From positions 62,001-126,000 of the forward strand of contig ML992501.1 in assembly GCA_010093995.1 (NCBI GenBank): a DNA stretch of 64,000 nucleotides. The letters are read 5' to 3'. The notes under the pieces are model-generated. The model had not been told where the DNA came from. It did no database searches and worked only from the letters and a program-made list of their open reading frames with translations. Every line of letters begins with the position of its first letter. Position 1 is the first letter of the stretch. This DNA comes from Elsinoe ampelina. Taxonomy: Eukaryota. This document shows, piece by piece, positions 36,725 through 50,000 of the stretch. The translations under genes and the position numbers were made by a program.

Positions 36725-37328
36725 AGAGGAGGCATCACATCGTCCTTTTGCTCCGAGCGCAGGCGTTTGAGGTGTTTAGCATGGCGTATGTGGCTTCTCA
36801 GTGGCCACTTGTGGTTATGATGAGCAGATCACATAAATCTCATGAGCGTTCACTTCCTCTTATTCCGTTCTGCTTTGGCATGTGTACTGCATATCAATGG
36901 CAAAATAGTTAGATGGAGTGTTCCCATGCTGGACCATCCCTTGACCCGAAGCCCCGGATCACCTGCGTTCGGGTTCGGTCCGATACCGCAGAGCCGCCTT
37001 GCCCTGCGCAATCCGGGGAACCACATTATCCGGAGCTCTTGTCCTGACAGAAATCGAAGTTACCTGTTTGCGATTTACAGGCCCCTGCTCGATACCTGTC
37101 CTGATCTAGCAATCGATTATACGAGGCATGCGACCAAGTTCATCAAGGCCAGAATCAGCTCGACGGTAGTAGGGCGAAGGAGGCGCAAGTACGCGACAGG
37201 AGGAGTAGGAAGAGCTTGGATTACAAACACCATATACGGATACTGCCTGCAGGCTGTCGTACCCGTCCCTCTGAGCATACCGCCGGTGGGCCCCGATCCT
37301 ACTTAACGAATAACGACCCACCTTCGCC

Positions 37329-38312
37329 ATGTCCGACGACGCCACCCTCTCCACCCTCACCACCTCCATCCTCAACGACACCCTCCACAACATCCTCCAC
37401 ACCCTCGTCCTCGACATCCACACCACCGAAACCGCCCTCCTCCGCTCCTCCGACCCCAAAACCCTCCTACCCCTCTGCCCCTCCTGCTCCCTCCCCCGCC
37501 TCCTCGACCCCCCCTTCGCCCTCTCCCGCCCGGACAAATCAACCCAATACTGCTCCCACGTGCCCTGGTCCCGCAAACCCGGCCACGACATCTACGGCAA
37601 CCCCTTCCCCGTCGCGGGCTCCGACAAGCCCCCGACGAAAAAAGAGCGCGAAGCCCGCGCCGCCCAAGCCAAGAAGGACAAAGCCCTCGGCACCCCGGAC
37701 AAAAAGGGGGACGGCAACGACGACGACGATGGCGGCCCCAACATCGCGGGCGGACCGGTCGATAAGAAGGCCGCGAAAGTGGGCGAGCGTCTCAAAGGAG
37801 GCACGTATGTGCCGTGGCACACCTGTCCGTCCTGCAAGCGGAGTCTGCTCATCACGCGCTTCGCCCAGCATCTCGAGAAATGCCTCGGTATCGGCGGGCG
37901 GGGACGCGCCGCCGCCCGGAACGGAGGGGCGGGGAGTCAGGGCAGTGGTGCCGGGCAGGGGAGCCGGGGCGGGACGCCGGTGGGGAAGCGCGACGAGGAT
38001 AAAGATTCCGGGAGCGAGATGGAGGGCAAGGACGTGCGGAAAAAGGTACTGAAGAAGGCGGCGGGGAAGATGGGCAAGGAGGGGAAGTTGAAGGCTGTGG
38101 TGCCGGTTGTCCGCGCGGAGAAGAGGGAGAGAGAGGAGGATGAGGAGGAGGGGTTGACGCCTGTGAAGAAGAAGGTGAAGCTGCAAAGGCAGTTGAGTAC
38201 GGCTAGTATTGGGACGGTGGCGAGTAGGGATGAGGGGAGTTTGGTTGGGGATGAGAGTGTGGATGGGAGTTTTGTGAATAATGATGAGGAGGAGGCGAGT
38301 GAGGAGGATTGA
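37329..38312 (+). CDS. SGF11: SAGA deubiquitination module subunit Sgf11
   Basis: Zinc finger CPSCKRSLLITRFAQHLEKCLGIGGR; N-terminal helix ILNDTLHNILHTLVLDIH. Confidence 0.85.
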   Translation: MSDDATLSTLTTSILNDTLHNILHTLVLDIHTTETALLRSSDPKTLLPLCPSCSLPRLLDPPFALSRPDKSTQYCSHVPWSRKPGHDIYGNPFPVAGSDKPPTKKEREARAAQAKKDKALGTPDKKGDGNDDDDGGPNIAGGPVDKKAAKVGERLKGGTYVPWHTCPSCKRSLLITRFAQHLEKCLGIGGRGRAAARNGGAGSQGSGAGQGSRGGTPVGKRDEDKDSGSEMEGKDVRKKVLKKAAGKMGKEGKLKAVVPVVRAEKREREEDEEEGLTPVKKKVKLQRQLSTASIGTVASRDEGSLVGDESVDGSFVNNDEEEASEED

Positions 38313-38513
38313 GCGTGAAGGACAGTTTGTGGTACACAGCACTGGCGTTTCGGATAGCCACGAGGCTTATGGTGGTCACGGAATGATATCTTATATTCAC
38401 ATGGACTTGTTGAGACCTGATTGTGAAGATGAAGATTGGACTCAATTCTTAGGATATCTAGGTGAACCAGAACGCCTCGCCAAACCAAAGGTCATGCGTC
38501 AGCAGCATACAAC

Positions 38514-39488
38514 TCAAGGATGTCCCTCCTTCGCATCCTTGAAGTCCTTGTCAAACTTGGACCAACCACAGGCTGGCTCCTCCCACATGGCTAGATCTCG
38601 CACGACCATCTCATACCTGCCATCATCTGGTAGTCGACCCTTGCATACGTTGCCACCCATGGCGACGTTGATCAAGATCCGGTAGTCCTTCAGACTCCTC
38701 GTTCCTTGAGGCTTGTGGGCCTTCATGACCGGCTTGCCGTCGACATACCAGATCAATCGCCCATCCTTCCCATCCTCAGCCTCGTCCCAGGCGAATTCGA
38801 AAAGCACACCGTCTTGATCCGCGTGACCAGGTCCAGCTGCGCCAGCGGTGATACGATAGCCGAGTTCGGTCTCAATCACTCTGTGCTTGTTCCAGTCCTC
38901 ACCATTGAAGTGACCCCAGTGGAGACAGCTGTGGTTTTGAGTACTGCCATCCCAAGCTTCGAAGATGTCGACCTCGCCATCGTCAGGCCATTTGAATGGA
39001 TCTGCTGGTAGGAGCCAGAAGGCAGGCCAGACACCTTTGGCGATCGGAGCTGTGATGCGGGCGGACAGCGCACCCCGTCGACGTGAGAGGGTCTGATGTG
39101 ATGTCAGGCGCGCGGAGGTGAATTTGTCACTAAGGGATTTCTGATCCGCAATGGCGACAACGTGGACGGCGTTACTAGCTGGCGAGGGAGAGAAGAAGGA
39201 GTTACGCGGGTCCGGACAATAAGTTTGAGCTTCATTGTTGCCCCAGCCGTGAGCTCCTATCTCATGGCGGAAGTGCTCATTAACTGGGGTTGAGGGTGTG
39301 AATGAAGGATGCCAGTATGCTTTGCGTTGTGGTGGCTGTGAATTGTGACCATCGACCAGAGGTTGTTGGTAGTTTTGTGGTTTGGAGTCTCTAGGCACTC
39401 TTGGTTTGTTTGCCTGCTTGTGGACGGCATCCTCGAGCCTATCGGTGGCCTTGTTGAGAGCATTGGTCAAGCTGTTCAGGAGCGGCAT
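38514..39488 (-). CDS. Glycoside hydrolase family 16 (laminarinase-like), no signal peptide
   Basis: GWGNNEAQTY, FTSARL, GVWPAFWLL, catalytic GEVDIFE, WYVDG, ILINVAMGG. Confidence 0.9.
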   Translation of the reverse strand: MPLLNSLTNALNKATDRLEDAVHKQANKPRVPRDSKPQNYQQPLVDGHNSQPPQRKAYWHPSFTPSTPVNEHFRHEIGAHGWGNNEAQTYCPDPRNSFFSPSPASNAVHVVAIADQKSLSDKFTSARLTSHQTLSRRRGALSARITAPIAKGVWPAFWLLPADPFKWPDDGEVDIFEAWDGSTQNHSCLHWGHFNGEDWNKHRVIETELGYRITAGAAGPGHADQDGVLFEFAWDEAEDGKDGRLIWYVDGKPVMKAHKPQGTRSLKDYRILINVAMGGNVCKGRLPDDGRYEMVVRDLAMWEEPACGWSKFDKDFKDAKEGHP

Positions 39489-39996
39489 TGTTTTAGGGAT
39501 GTGCAGTGACGATTCGAGGTTGTAGTGATGTGCTCGGTTGTAGTCTCAGGTGGTGTGCAGTATGATGGAGTAATGTAGAACCAATTCTTATAATAATACC
39601 GGCCTACCTCTGCGCCACGAAGATTGTCAGGCACCAGAATTCGGAGCTTGATAGAAGAATGGTTTTCACGAATGGTACTTTGTAGTAATGTTGCTAAGCC
39701 TCTTGTACGCGTGTGATGGCAGAGGCAAGATCGGCCTCCTCGGAAAGAGCAATGATTCGCTAGGCGATGACGCAAGCCACACACACTGACAGATGGAAGG
39801 CAGCCACAATCATGACCATCCACTTCACCTCGCAAAGACGCTGCCCTGATGGAGAAAACAAAGGCTATTGGCGGGTGCAAGGACTTGCGTCATACAGTCG
39901 TTTTGAGTTCAACCGAGCCACCCCGGGCTTGGCGGTACTCTTCACCGACTTCTGCTCACTAAAATTGGCTGGCTGGAGGTCCAGAGAGAATATAGA

Positions 39997-40459
39997 TGTC
40001 ACGAACCGTCCAAACACAGCCCACGCTAGTGGTCTAAGCTAAGCCGGGAACGAGGTAGTTCTACTTCTATAGCAGTATAGCACTAAGGTAAGAGTCGGAG
40101 AAGGTATGTCTTACAGATAATAAAGTACAATTAGATAGTATTACAAAGGCTAGCCTTAGTAATACTAGTGTTTGCTATCTAGACGAGGTTAACTATAGTA
40201 CTTACATAAGGTAAGAACTATTCCTATATATATGTATTCTCTATTGTGTTCTCTATGTGCTCTATATGCTCTATAGCGAGAGTTAGAGGCAATATAGAGT
40301 ACATGTCTACTAGTAACCTATGTGCTCTATAGTTTTAGAGGTAGAGCCGCTAGAGAAGATAGAGAACTAAGTAAATGTTAGGCTAGGTCACGTAATAATC
40401 TTAGTAGCTTAATTAGTCCTAACGTCTCTACATTCTAGCTGTCCTACTAGTTTATAACA
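39997..40459. repeat. LTR (3' LTR of the minus-strand element)
   Basis: TG...CA ends; direct repeat of 46552-47014 differing mainly by C/T and G/A transitions. Confidence 0.92.
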
Positions 40460-43400
40460 TTACTCTTCTCCTTTAATCGAGTTGTTCTAACGAGTAAGTA
40501 TCCTTTCTTATCCTTATACGCTATATACTAAATATGTCTCCTAGTTATTAAAGGTATAGTAAATCTAGCATATCTATACGAAAGAATCTCTTAGAGTTTA
40601 TTAAACTATTTAGAACTAATATGCTATAGGCTTATTCTCGTTACAAATTAAAGAGGCTAGACTATAAGGTCTATATTCGGTTAGGTATCTATAGCTAGTA
40701 TGTCGTAAGTAACTACTTAAGTTATAATATTTAAGTAACAAAATTAGAATAGTAGCGTCTTTAGTCTAAGTATATTTATTTACGAAAGGAATTAGTTATA
40801 GCTAAGGCTACTAGAAGGGAAGCTAAAGAAGCTTATAAAAAGGCAAAAGAGGCTTATTAAAGAGCTATAGGCAATAAGCTTTACCTATACGAAGAGATAT
40901 AAAAGTTAGAGAATAAGGTAGAGAAAGTAATCTCTCTAGAAGAGACCTATATTTAAGTCTTAGAGTAGGAGGAAATACTATTATTAGTAGATCCCGTCCT
41001 ACTATAGGACTAGTAGTTATTTATGCCCGACTCTAATTAGAGTTCTTTACTTAGTAACGATTAAGGTACTTCTATTAGTTAAGTAATCTTCCTTAGGCAT
41101 TCTCGTTTTTGTTTAGTATTTAGAGTGCTAAGTCTATCTAGTTAGTTTACTTAGGATAGGTTCTTAATTTAGTAATCTAGAATTACTTACGAGGTAAGGT
41201 ACTTCTCTAGTTCCTATATTACTTTACTATACTAATGTCCCTTCTAGTAAATAAGATAGTAGTGTTTTTCTTTTATAAGTTTATAACGTAAAACCCTTTC
41301 TATTTTATACTATAGCTTCTATATTTCTTTCTCTAGTTCGATAGGTCTAGGTATAGTATTCTATAGTACTTTCTCTAGTAGTAATATATAAAAGACTAGA
41401 TAAATCCTTATATGTCTTAGTAGTTCCAGTTTATATACGTTCTTATTTTTCTTTTCTAAAATCTTAAAGGGTCCTAGTTTAGTATAGTTAAGTTTCTTAC
41501 TTAGTTGTTTCGTTTTAATGTTTTTACTAAGGAGGTAAACTTTCTCTCTCTCCTATAGAATTAGTCCTATAATTCTTTTCTAGTTAGTAAACTCTACTAT
41601 TCTTTGTAATATAAATGCTATATTATAGTATAGCTAGTTATATAGTTTCTTAATATTAGCTACTAGTATGTTAGTATCCTTAGATACTAGCTTAATTCTA
41701 AGTATGTTATAGTATAGATCTAAGTGTATTCTATAGTTTACATAGAATAGTAAAATTCCATTTGCTAACTTTCTATTATTAATAGCGAGCTCTACGAGTA
41801 GTAATAGTATTACCTATAAGTCTTACTTATAGTTTAGGTAGTATCGTAGGTACTACTCTAGTACTTAATTTACTTGTTTAGTTTGTCTGTCTATTTATAG
41901 GTAAAAGGAGATTAATAGCTTATATTTAACTCCTAGTAGGTCTATAAATAATTACTAGAATTGTAATATAAATAGCTTATCCCTGTCGGTTATTAGGTCT
42001 CGTAGTACTTCGTGTTATAAAACGATTATTTAGAGAAAGGTAAAGGCTATATCCTCGGTAGTTACTATTATCTTATATAGGACAAAGTAGTAATACTTCG
42101 TAAACCTATCTACTAGGACTAGAATACTATTGTACTTTACACTTATAAGAGGTTCTTCTAATAGTAGTAGAGGTCCTATAAAGTCTATTATAACTAATTA
42201 CTATAGTTTATCTAGTAGTAGTAAGAGTTATAGTAGACTATATAGTCTATGTCGAGAGTACTTAGACTTATAGCATGTATCGTAGGCGGTAATATACGTC
42301 TTAATATCGTTTTAGAGTTCTTTCTAGAGGTAGTTTTATGTAATAAGTTTAATAGTCTTATTAATTCTACTATGTCCCGCTATTAGGTTATTATAGTATA
42401 TTTAAATAACTTCTTTCTTCCGTTCTTACGTAAGCTCCTAGGTAAGGCTATATAACTACTTTACCTTCGGGTGCTTATAGACTAGAGCGCTATTCTACTA
42501 CTTTAGTATAGAGGTCTCTATTATTGTTATATTTTTTAAGTAATCTAGCTAGCGGCTAAGAGCGTCTACTCTACTGTTCTCTAATCCCTTAATATAGTAG
42601 ATCTAGAAGTTATAGCTTATAAGTGTTTCTAACTATCGAATCTATTATCTATTAAGAACCTTAGTTATTATCTAATATAGAAGGTTCTTATAGTCGGTGT
42701 AGACTTATATAGGTAAGGTTATCCCTTCTAGGTATACTCTCTATTTACGGAACGCTTCTATAATTACAAGTAATTCCTTATCGTATATATCGTAGTTAAG
42801 TTTAAGTCTAGTCATTTTTCGTAAGTAGTATATAATTAAGTAGCGTCGTCCTTCTATACCCTTCTACGCTAGACACACTTCTATTATAAAGTCCGAGGTA
42901 TCTGTTTCTAGTAGTGCTTATTAGTCTAAGTTAAAGAGTACTAGGATAAGTGCTATTATAAGTCTAAGCTTTAGCTCCTTAAAGGCCTACCTACACCTCT
43001 TATTAAAGACAAAGCTAGTTTCCTTTTTCGTAAGGTTAGATATTAGTATAGCTACCTTAGAGAATTCTTTAATAAACTTATAGTAGTAGTTAAAGAACTC
43101 TAGTAGCGCTTAAACCTTCTTAACTGTCGTAGGTTCCGGCTAGTTATTTACTAACTTAATCTTCTTTAGATTGGGTCTAATGCTATTAGTAGATATAATA
43201 TAGCCTAGAAATTATATCTTATATTTATAGAACTTACACTTAGAGAGTTTTACTAGTAGGTCTTTTTCTTTTAGTTTCTATAGCACTTTATAAATATATC
43301 TTATATATTTGTTATATGTCTTTAAGAAGATAATAATATTATCTAAATATACTAAGACAAAATTGTTAAGGTATTCTTATAGAGTATTATTAATTAACTC

Positions 43401-46400
43401 TTAGAAGGTTATAGGAGTATTAGTTAACCTAAAGAGTATAACGAGGTACTTATATAGACTCTATTACGTCCTAAAAGCTATCTTCTACTCCTTGCTCTCC
43501 TTTATTTATACTTAATAATAGGCGTCTCTAATGTTAATTACGGTAAACTATTTAGCTCTAAGTAGTTAGTCTTAAAGTTTGTCGATTCTTAGTAGGAGAT
43601 AGCGATTCTTCCTAGTAAGTATATTAAGTTTCTAGTAATTAATATATATTTGTAACGTTCTATTCTTTTTTAGTATAAAAAGTACTTCGTACGTAATAGG
43701 TAATTTTAATAGTTATATAAATCCTTTAAGTAAGTACTTATTAATATAGTCCTTAAGGACATTCTCCTCTTATTTCGATAGTAGTATAAGACCTTAATAG
43801 TGTATTAGGGATTTACCTTCTTTAAAAGGTATTTTATAATTCTATAGTTTATATTAAAGTAAGGCTACGATGCTTTCCCTTTCTTTAAATAAGTCCTTAA
43901 AGTCTTTATATTCCGGCGGAAGTGCTTAATTACTTACGCTAGCGATAGCTCTAACTATTAGTCGTACCTATACTATTCTTATAGTTAGTATCTATAGAGC
44001 TAATTATACTCTCTACGTCTTATAATTATACTTAGAGAATTTAAGTGTTTCTTTAATCTAGTCTATGTCTAGATTATGTTATTAAAGCTAGTCTATACTA
44101 AGTACTATATTATACTATATGTTAACTATATTAATTAATCGTTTTTCTATGTATATTTCGATTTAGATTATAACGTTTTATAGTTCCTAAGTAACTTTCC
44201 TATTCTTCTCTATAGAGGTTCTATTTACTATAGTAAGTAGGTAAGGTAACTCCTTCTAGTGTTAATAAGGTTTAAGCTAATTAGTAACTATTATAGAGAC
44301 GTAGCTATAGTTAGCTCCTAAATCTATTATTGCTCTTACCTTACTCCTTTATATTTTAACTTCTAGTATAAAGTAGTTTAACGTGTAAATCTTTATTATA
44401 TTAAGGCTTTAGCTAGTGTTATTGTCTTACCTTATTAGGCGACAACTAGCTAGTTTTTTGTCATTATAGCTCCTTAGATAAGTAGCTAATCCCTTCCTAT
44501 ACGTATCTACTATTAGTACTATATCTATTAGGTAAGTTATGTTTTGTCGCTATTTAATATAGTAAGGTAAACTTCTAGCGCCTAAGTCCCTTAGTAACTA
44601 TAAAGTCTAATAATTCTCTACTAGTTACACTAAGTAGTGTTATACACCTATATAAGTATAACTATTCCTTCTAGGTATAGCTAGGCGTTAGTATTAAAGA
44701 CAAAAACAAGTTATATAGATTTGTCTTATTACGTCCTATTCTAGTAGTAGGTATATATTATTATATAATTCCTCTATATCTCTATAAGGTATACTTTAAG
44801 TCGTCTACCTAATAGTAGTACGTTGTCGTCGTCGTTATTAAATAAGTTCTTATCTATGTTATTATATCGTAGTTGTTTAGTATATTCTTTATTATATTTC
44901 TCTTCGTCGCTACTACCCCTAGTATAGTTATAGTTAGTAAGGCTATACTAAGTATATTCTTTTACTTAGCTATAGGGAATAGTACTACCTATCTTAATTA
45001 CTAAGAAGTCTATAGTATATTTAAGACTAATAGCGTCTTCTCTAAGCACATTATATAAGTAGATAGTATAGTACTATTTACAATCTAGATTTGTATATTT
45101 CTAGAGCGACATATAATACGCCTTTCCTTATAGTTCGCTATAAGGGCTAAAGGTAAGGCTACTATATTATTACGTAGTACTTACGTCCTAATACTTTGTC
45201 TCGATAATCGTATATTAGTAATTGTCGCTAACTACTTTCTAAGGTTAGTTAATATTACTACTAATTATAGAGAGCCTTTCTAGGTTAAGCCTCTAGTCTA
45301 GCTATTTTATTAGTTACCTACGCTTAGATAGCTTATATAGGAACTAACTAGATCCTTACTTGTCTAATAAGTAAATATAATAAGAGTTATCGTAATATAC
45401 TATCTATAATAGCGTTACGTTTTAGCTTTGTTATTTGCTATTAGTTATAGAGATATTAAGCGTAACATCCGGAGAGAATTCTATTACCTCTCGAGTTGTT
45501 ATAGACCTCTTCTATATTTCTTTACTTATGCTAAAAGTCGTTAGGTCTTCTATAGTAGTATTAGCCTTTTTTTCTACTAGCCCGGTAACTATTATATATA
45601 ATCTATCGGCTAGCGCCCCTTGTTAGTAGTCCCTAGCCCGATACTTAGGTCTTTTACACTTAAAATATAAGTTATCTCGTCTATACTTCTCTCTCTCTTT
45701 TCTACTAAGGAACTTTCCTCTACGACTATAGCCTCGTACCTATAAGAGGCAGCCTTCGTATATAGCATTAAGTTCTATAGAGTCTCTATAGTTTCGGGAG
45801 GAACATATATATCTAGTATTTACCTTATATCCTCTATAACGTTCTATATATCGTTTATAAAGTCTATTATTAATAGCAATTATAGTGTCTACTAGTTCCT
45901 AAAGACTATCGGGCAGCTTAGGTATTATTTAGTCTTTAACTAAGTCGCTTAGTCCTTAATAGAATACTAAGTGTTTAGTACTATTGTCCTAGTCTAGGTA
46001 TATTACGAGTTATTAGAACTAGGAATAGTACTAGGCTATAGACCTACGTTGTTATAATTGTTAGATCTTTATTATAGCAACGTATTCCTTATTAGATACG
46101 TTAAAGACTTACTTAATCTTTGTCTAGAAGATACTAAAGCTCTTAAAGATAGCCTTTATATCTAGGCCTAGTTATTTATCTAGGTAGCTACTTATATAAG
46201 GCTTAAACTACCTAAAGGTAGCGCTCTTAAGGTATATCCCGGTATAGAGGACCTTTACCGCGTCGTTACTATACTTATCTCTCTCTAGGGCGAAGAAGGC
46301 TTTAAGTTAAATAAGAAAGCGCCTTAAGTAGGCGCAGTCTCTATAGAAGAGTTCTACCTCTAACTTAGGCCTACTCTATTCTTCTATACTAAAAGACCTT

Positions 46401-46551
46401 CTATGTTTGCCCGAGGTTAAACTAGTAGTAGATATGTCGTTAATAGTAAGCTTTCCTAGCTTACTAGCAATCGAAGATACTAATAGTAACTTAGAGCAAG
46501 AGTTACTTATTAACCTTATAGCATACTATACTATAGTAAGGGTAGTTAAAA

Positions 46552-47014
46552 TGTTACGAACTGTCTAAATATAGCCTACACTAGTAGTCTAAGCTAAGCT
46601 AGGAACGAGGTAGTTCTACTTCTATAGTAGTATAGCACTAAGGTAAGAGTTAGAGAAGGTATATCTTATAGATAATAAAGTACAATTAGATAGTATTATA
46701 AAGGCTAGCCTTAGTAATACTAGTGTTTACTATCTAGACGAGGTTAACTATAGTACTTATATAAGGTAAGGACTATTCTTATATATATATGTTCTTTATT
46801 ACGTTCTCTATATACTCTATATACTCCGTAGTAAGAGTTAAGAGTAATATAGAGTATACGTCCGCTAGTAACCTACGTACTTTATAGTTTTAGAGGTAGA
46901 GCTACTAGAGAAGATAGAGAACTAGGTAAATATCGGGCTAAGTTACGTAATAATCTTAGTAGCTTAATTAGTTCTAACGTCTCTATATTCTAGCTATTCT
47001 ACTAGTTCGTAATA
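46552..47014. repeat. LTR (5' LTR of the minus-strand element)
   Basis: Direct repeat of 39997-40459. Confidence 0.92.
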
Positions 47015-50000
47015 ATAGAGTCGAATAGCTTAATAACGCTATCTATTTAAATGAAATTAAAGCTAAAAAAAGGTATAATAGACTAGTTAGTATATACTAA
47101 CGTTACTAAATTATAGCTCGTAAGTATCCTTCTTCTATAACTAACTATCACTCTAGCCATATAAAGAAACCTTTAAGAGCAGTATAGAAGGCAATTATAA
47201 TATTCTCTACTCCTCTATTATTACCACTAGTCTCTTCTTCTTTAAGGCACTCCTTAAGCTTATTAGAGAAGGTACTAGATAACCTTCGTCATAGTCTAAC
47301 TATCTAGCTAAAGAGCTATATACTAGCGCTAGCGTAAGTAGCACCTTATCTAGAGGTTATATCTACTAACCTAGCTCTTTAGAGGCTTATAGAGTAAGCT
47401 ATAAACTAAGTTATACTACCTTTATAAGCTAGATCTTAGTAGCTATCTCTTTAATTAAGGTTTCTAACACTTATACTAGACTAGCTAAGGTAGTTAATTA
47501 AGTTAGATATAGCACCGGAGAAAGAGCTAGATATATAGGTAATAGAGGTACTATAGTCGTTATAAGTGCTAGAGTTACTAGAGACCGATTCTAGCGACTT
47601 AGATACGCTCTATCTTAGTTAGATAGTAGAGGTAAAGCTAGTAGTAAAGCTTAGAAGTAAGACTCTATACTATAACGAGCGTATGTTTAGCTAGCTAAGT
47701 AATCTATTATAGTTAGTACTAGCTAATTAGGTAGTAGAGAAGAGTAGTCTTATTACTTAAGCTATACTCGAGCTACTTTTACTTAATTACGCTACTACCT
47801 ATAAGTGTCTTAGTATATAGTAGCTATTTAGAGTAGCGATATTAGAGCTAGCTAAGATATAGAGGCTAGTTAATAAGCTTAAAGATTAGCTTACTAAGAA
47901 TTACTAGTAGCTTAGGCTCGGCCTTACTACTAAGATAAAGAAGGTACTAATAGCTATAAACTCTATAGTAAATTTAAGAGTTATATAACTACCTTTAACT
48001 ATACTAGTTCTAAGCTCTTTAATAGGTCTACTACTATTACCTTTATAGTAATCCTCTCTTAGATTAACACTAGTAAGGATAGTATAGACTCTAGTAGCTA
48101 GTATAATACTACTATCTTCGTAGGTAGTATAGCTAGTGCTACTATTATAAGGTTAAGGCTTAGTAACGAGCTAATTACATAGTACGCTCGAGAGTGTAAA
48201 TAGTAATAAGAAGCCTCTATTAGAGTCGGTATAGACTTACACTAATTGTAATTACTATAACTATAAGAGGTTATACTAGCGTACGTTAACTAGTAAGTAC
48301 TACTAGATTATAACGGAGAATAAGTATACCTAGGCTACTACTATTCGCGATAGTAAAGCTACTATTAATCGTCCTCCTATAGGCCTTATATTAAGCCTTA
48401 ATTGCTTAAAGGCCTTAAGGAGTATTAAAAGCGCTTTACTAATACTACCGATACTAACGTCTTTAGTATCTTTAGTGCCTTTTATACTCCCTCTAACACC
48501 TATTAACTATATTAATATTATAAACTCGATTACTCCTTACTAGCTATAGTAGCGCTTAAGGCCTATAAACGACTTAAGATCCTTATCTATTACCTCTAAG
48601 GCCGACCCTTATAAAGTTTTAACTAAATTCTTTAAGTAGATAAAGAGAAAGAAAAGCTTTAAAAGAGATATTTAGGTACTAGATTAGGTTAAATTTAAGC
48701 TAAAGAAGGAGAATTATAACCTCGATAGTATAAGAGGTATATACTCGGATAGGTAAAGAGATACCTAGGCCTTTAATAAAGGCCTTCTATACTAGATTTA
48801 AAGCTAAATTAGCCCTTTTAAGCGCTAGTATTACTCTAAGATAGTTACACGAGCTAGATCGAATTAAGCGAGTTAGATACCTTACTATCTCGGCGGTCGA
48901 AATAGGTACTTTTATCTAGTTTATAGCAGCCGATATAGATACTAATTTACGTAGCGTAATAGACAATTTAACTAGCTCGGCAGCTGAGATAGATATTAAT
49001 CTAGTTTAGCTACCGAACTAGACTTAGTTTATTTAACTCGGAGTAGTATACATATAGTATAGAGTAGTTATAGTAGTAGTAAAGAGTTTTTACTAGGTCT
49101 TAGTATTAAACTTATTTAACATAAGTAATTTCTTATATACTAAATAGATCCCCTATAACCTTATACTATATCTATAGCTCTTAAAGTGCGCCTTAGTATA
49201 TAGTCCGCTACACGAGTTAATAGCTAGCTCTAAGAAATTAGTGTATTTCTCGTACCTAGCGACTAGATTATAGTATTACTTTACCTACGCCTTTAGCACC
49301 GAGAAGGATTACTTAATAGAATTAAAATCTAGCGAATAGGGCGGTAGGTATTTAAGGTAACTTCTATACTCTTATACTAGCTCCTTTACCTTATCGCTCT
49401 AGTAGATTAAAGTATTATCTATAACGAAGATTATGCTAGCTAGAAGCTCTAGTATTATTATATCTATTAGCTAGCTAATAAAGATCTTACTAGTAATTAA
49501 TCTATAGTAGATTAAGGTACTAGAGAGATAGCTATTAATAGTAATAGCTAGTAACACGCTTTACCTCTTACTACGCTACTTTAGCTAAATATCTATATAC
49601 TTCTTACTAACGGGCGCCTACTTATACCTCCTCTACGCTATATACTTATTATAAGCCGACTTATTAATATAAATAATTCTATTGACCGGCTAAAGCATAC
49701 ACCTTCAAGTCTAATTCGCCCTAAGTATTATATCTCTTTTAGCCGCTACCTTCTTAGCTACCTTTTAAGACTATTACCGGCGCTAGATTATGTACTAGAT
49801 TATACTTAAGTATATCTAGCAATTATGTACCTCTCTTAAGAAGGCTTAAACTTTGTTAAGATAAGTAGTAGAGATGTTATTTAGGTAGGCTATTACCTCC
49901 TTAGATAGGTTAGTATAGAAAGAGCTTAGCTATAAAGGACTTATATCTTCTAAGAAAGAGGTAAGAGTATAAGGGCGTAGTATATAAGCTTTAATAGGAG

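Larger units (their letters stand above)
39997..47014 (-). mobile_element. Full-length Ty3/Gypsy chromovirus LTR retrotransposon, RIP-inactivated
   Basis: 463-bp LTRs 39997-40459 and 46552-47014, 5-bp TSD ATAGA (39992-39996, 47015-47019). Minus-strand relics of RT VYLD(D)II at ~43340 and a chromodomain YLIxWKG...WEP at ~41195-41260. Confidence 0.93.

Noticed and set aside
37216..38488. Long overlapping alternative-frame and antisense ORFs over SGF11 (and similar ones over POP1, the MCT gene, the FMN dehydrogenase and SMC5)
   Set aside because: Low-complexity shadow ORFs produced by skewed, stop-poor codon usage of the real genes
45435..45626. Short ORFs in AT-rich blocks (also 63602-63784)
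   Set aside because: Chance open frames in RIP-degraded retroelement sequence
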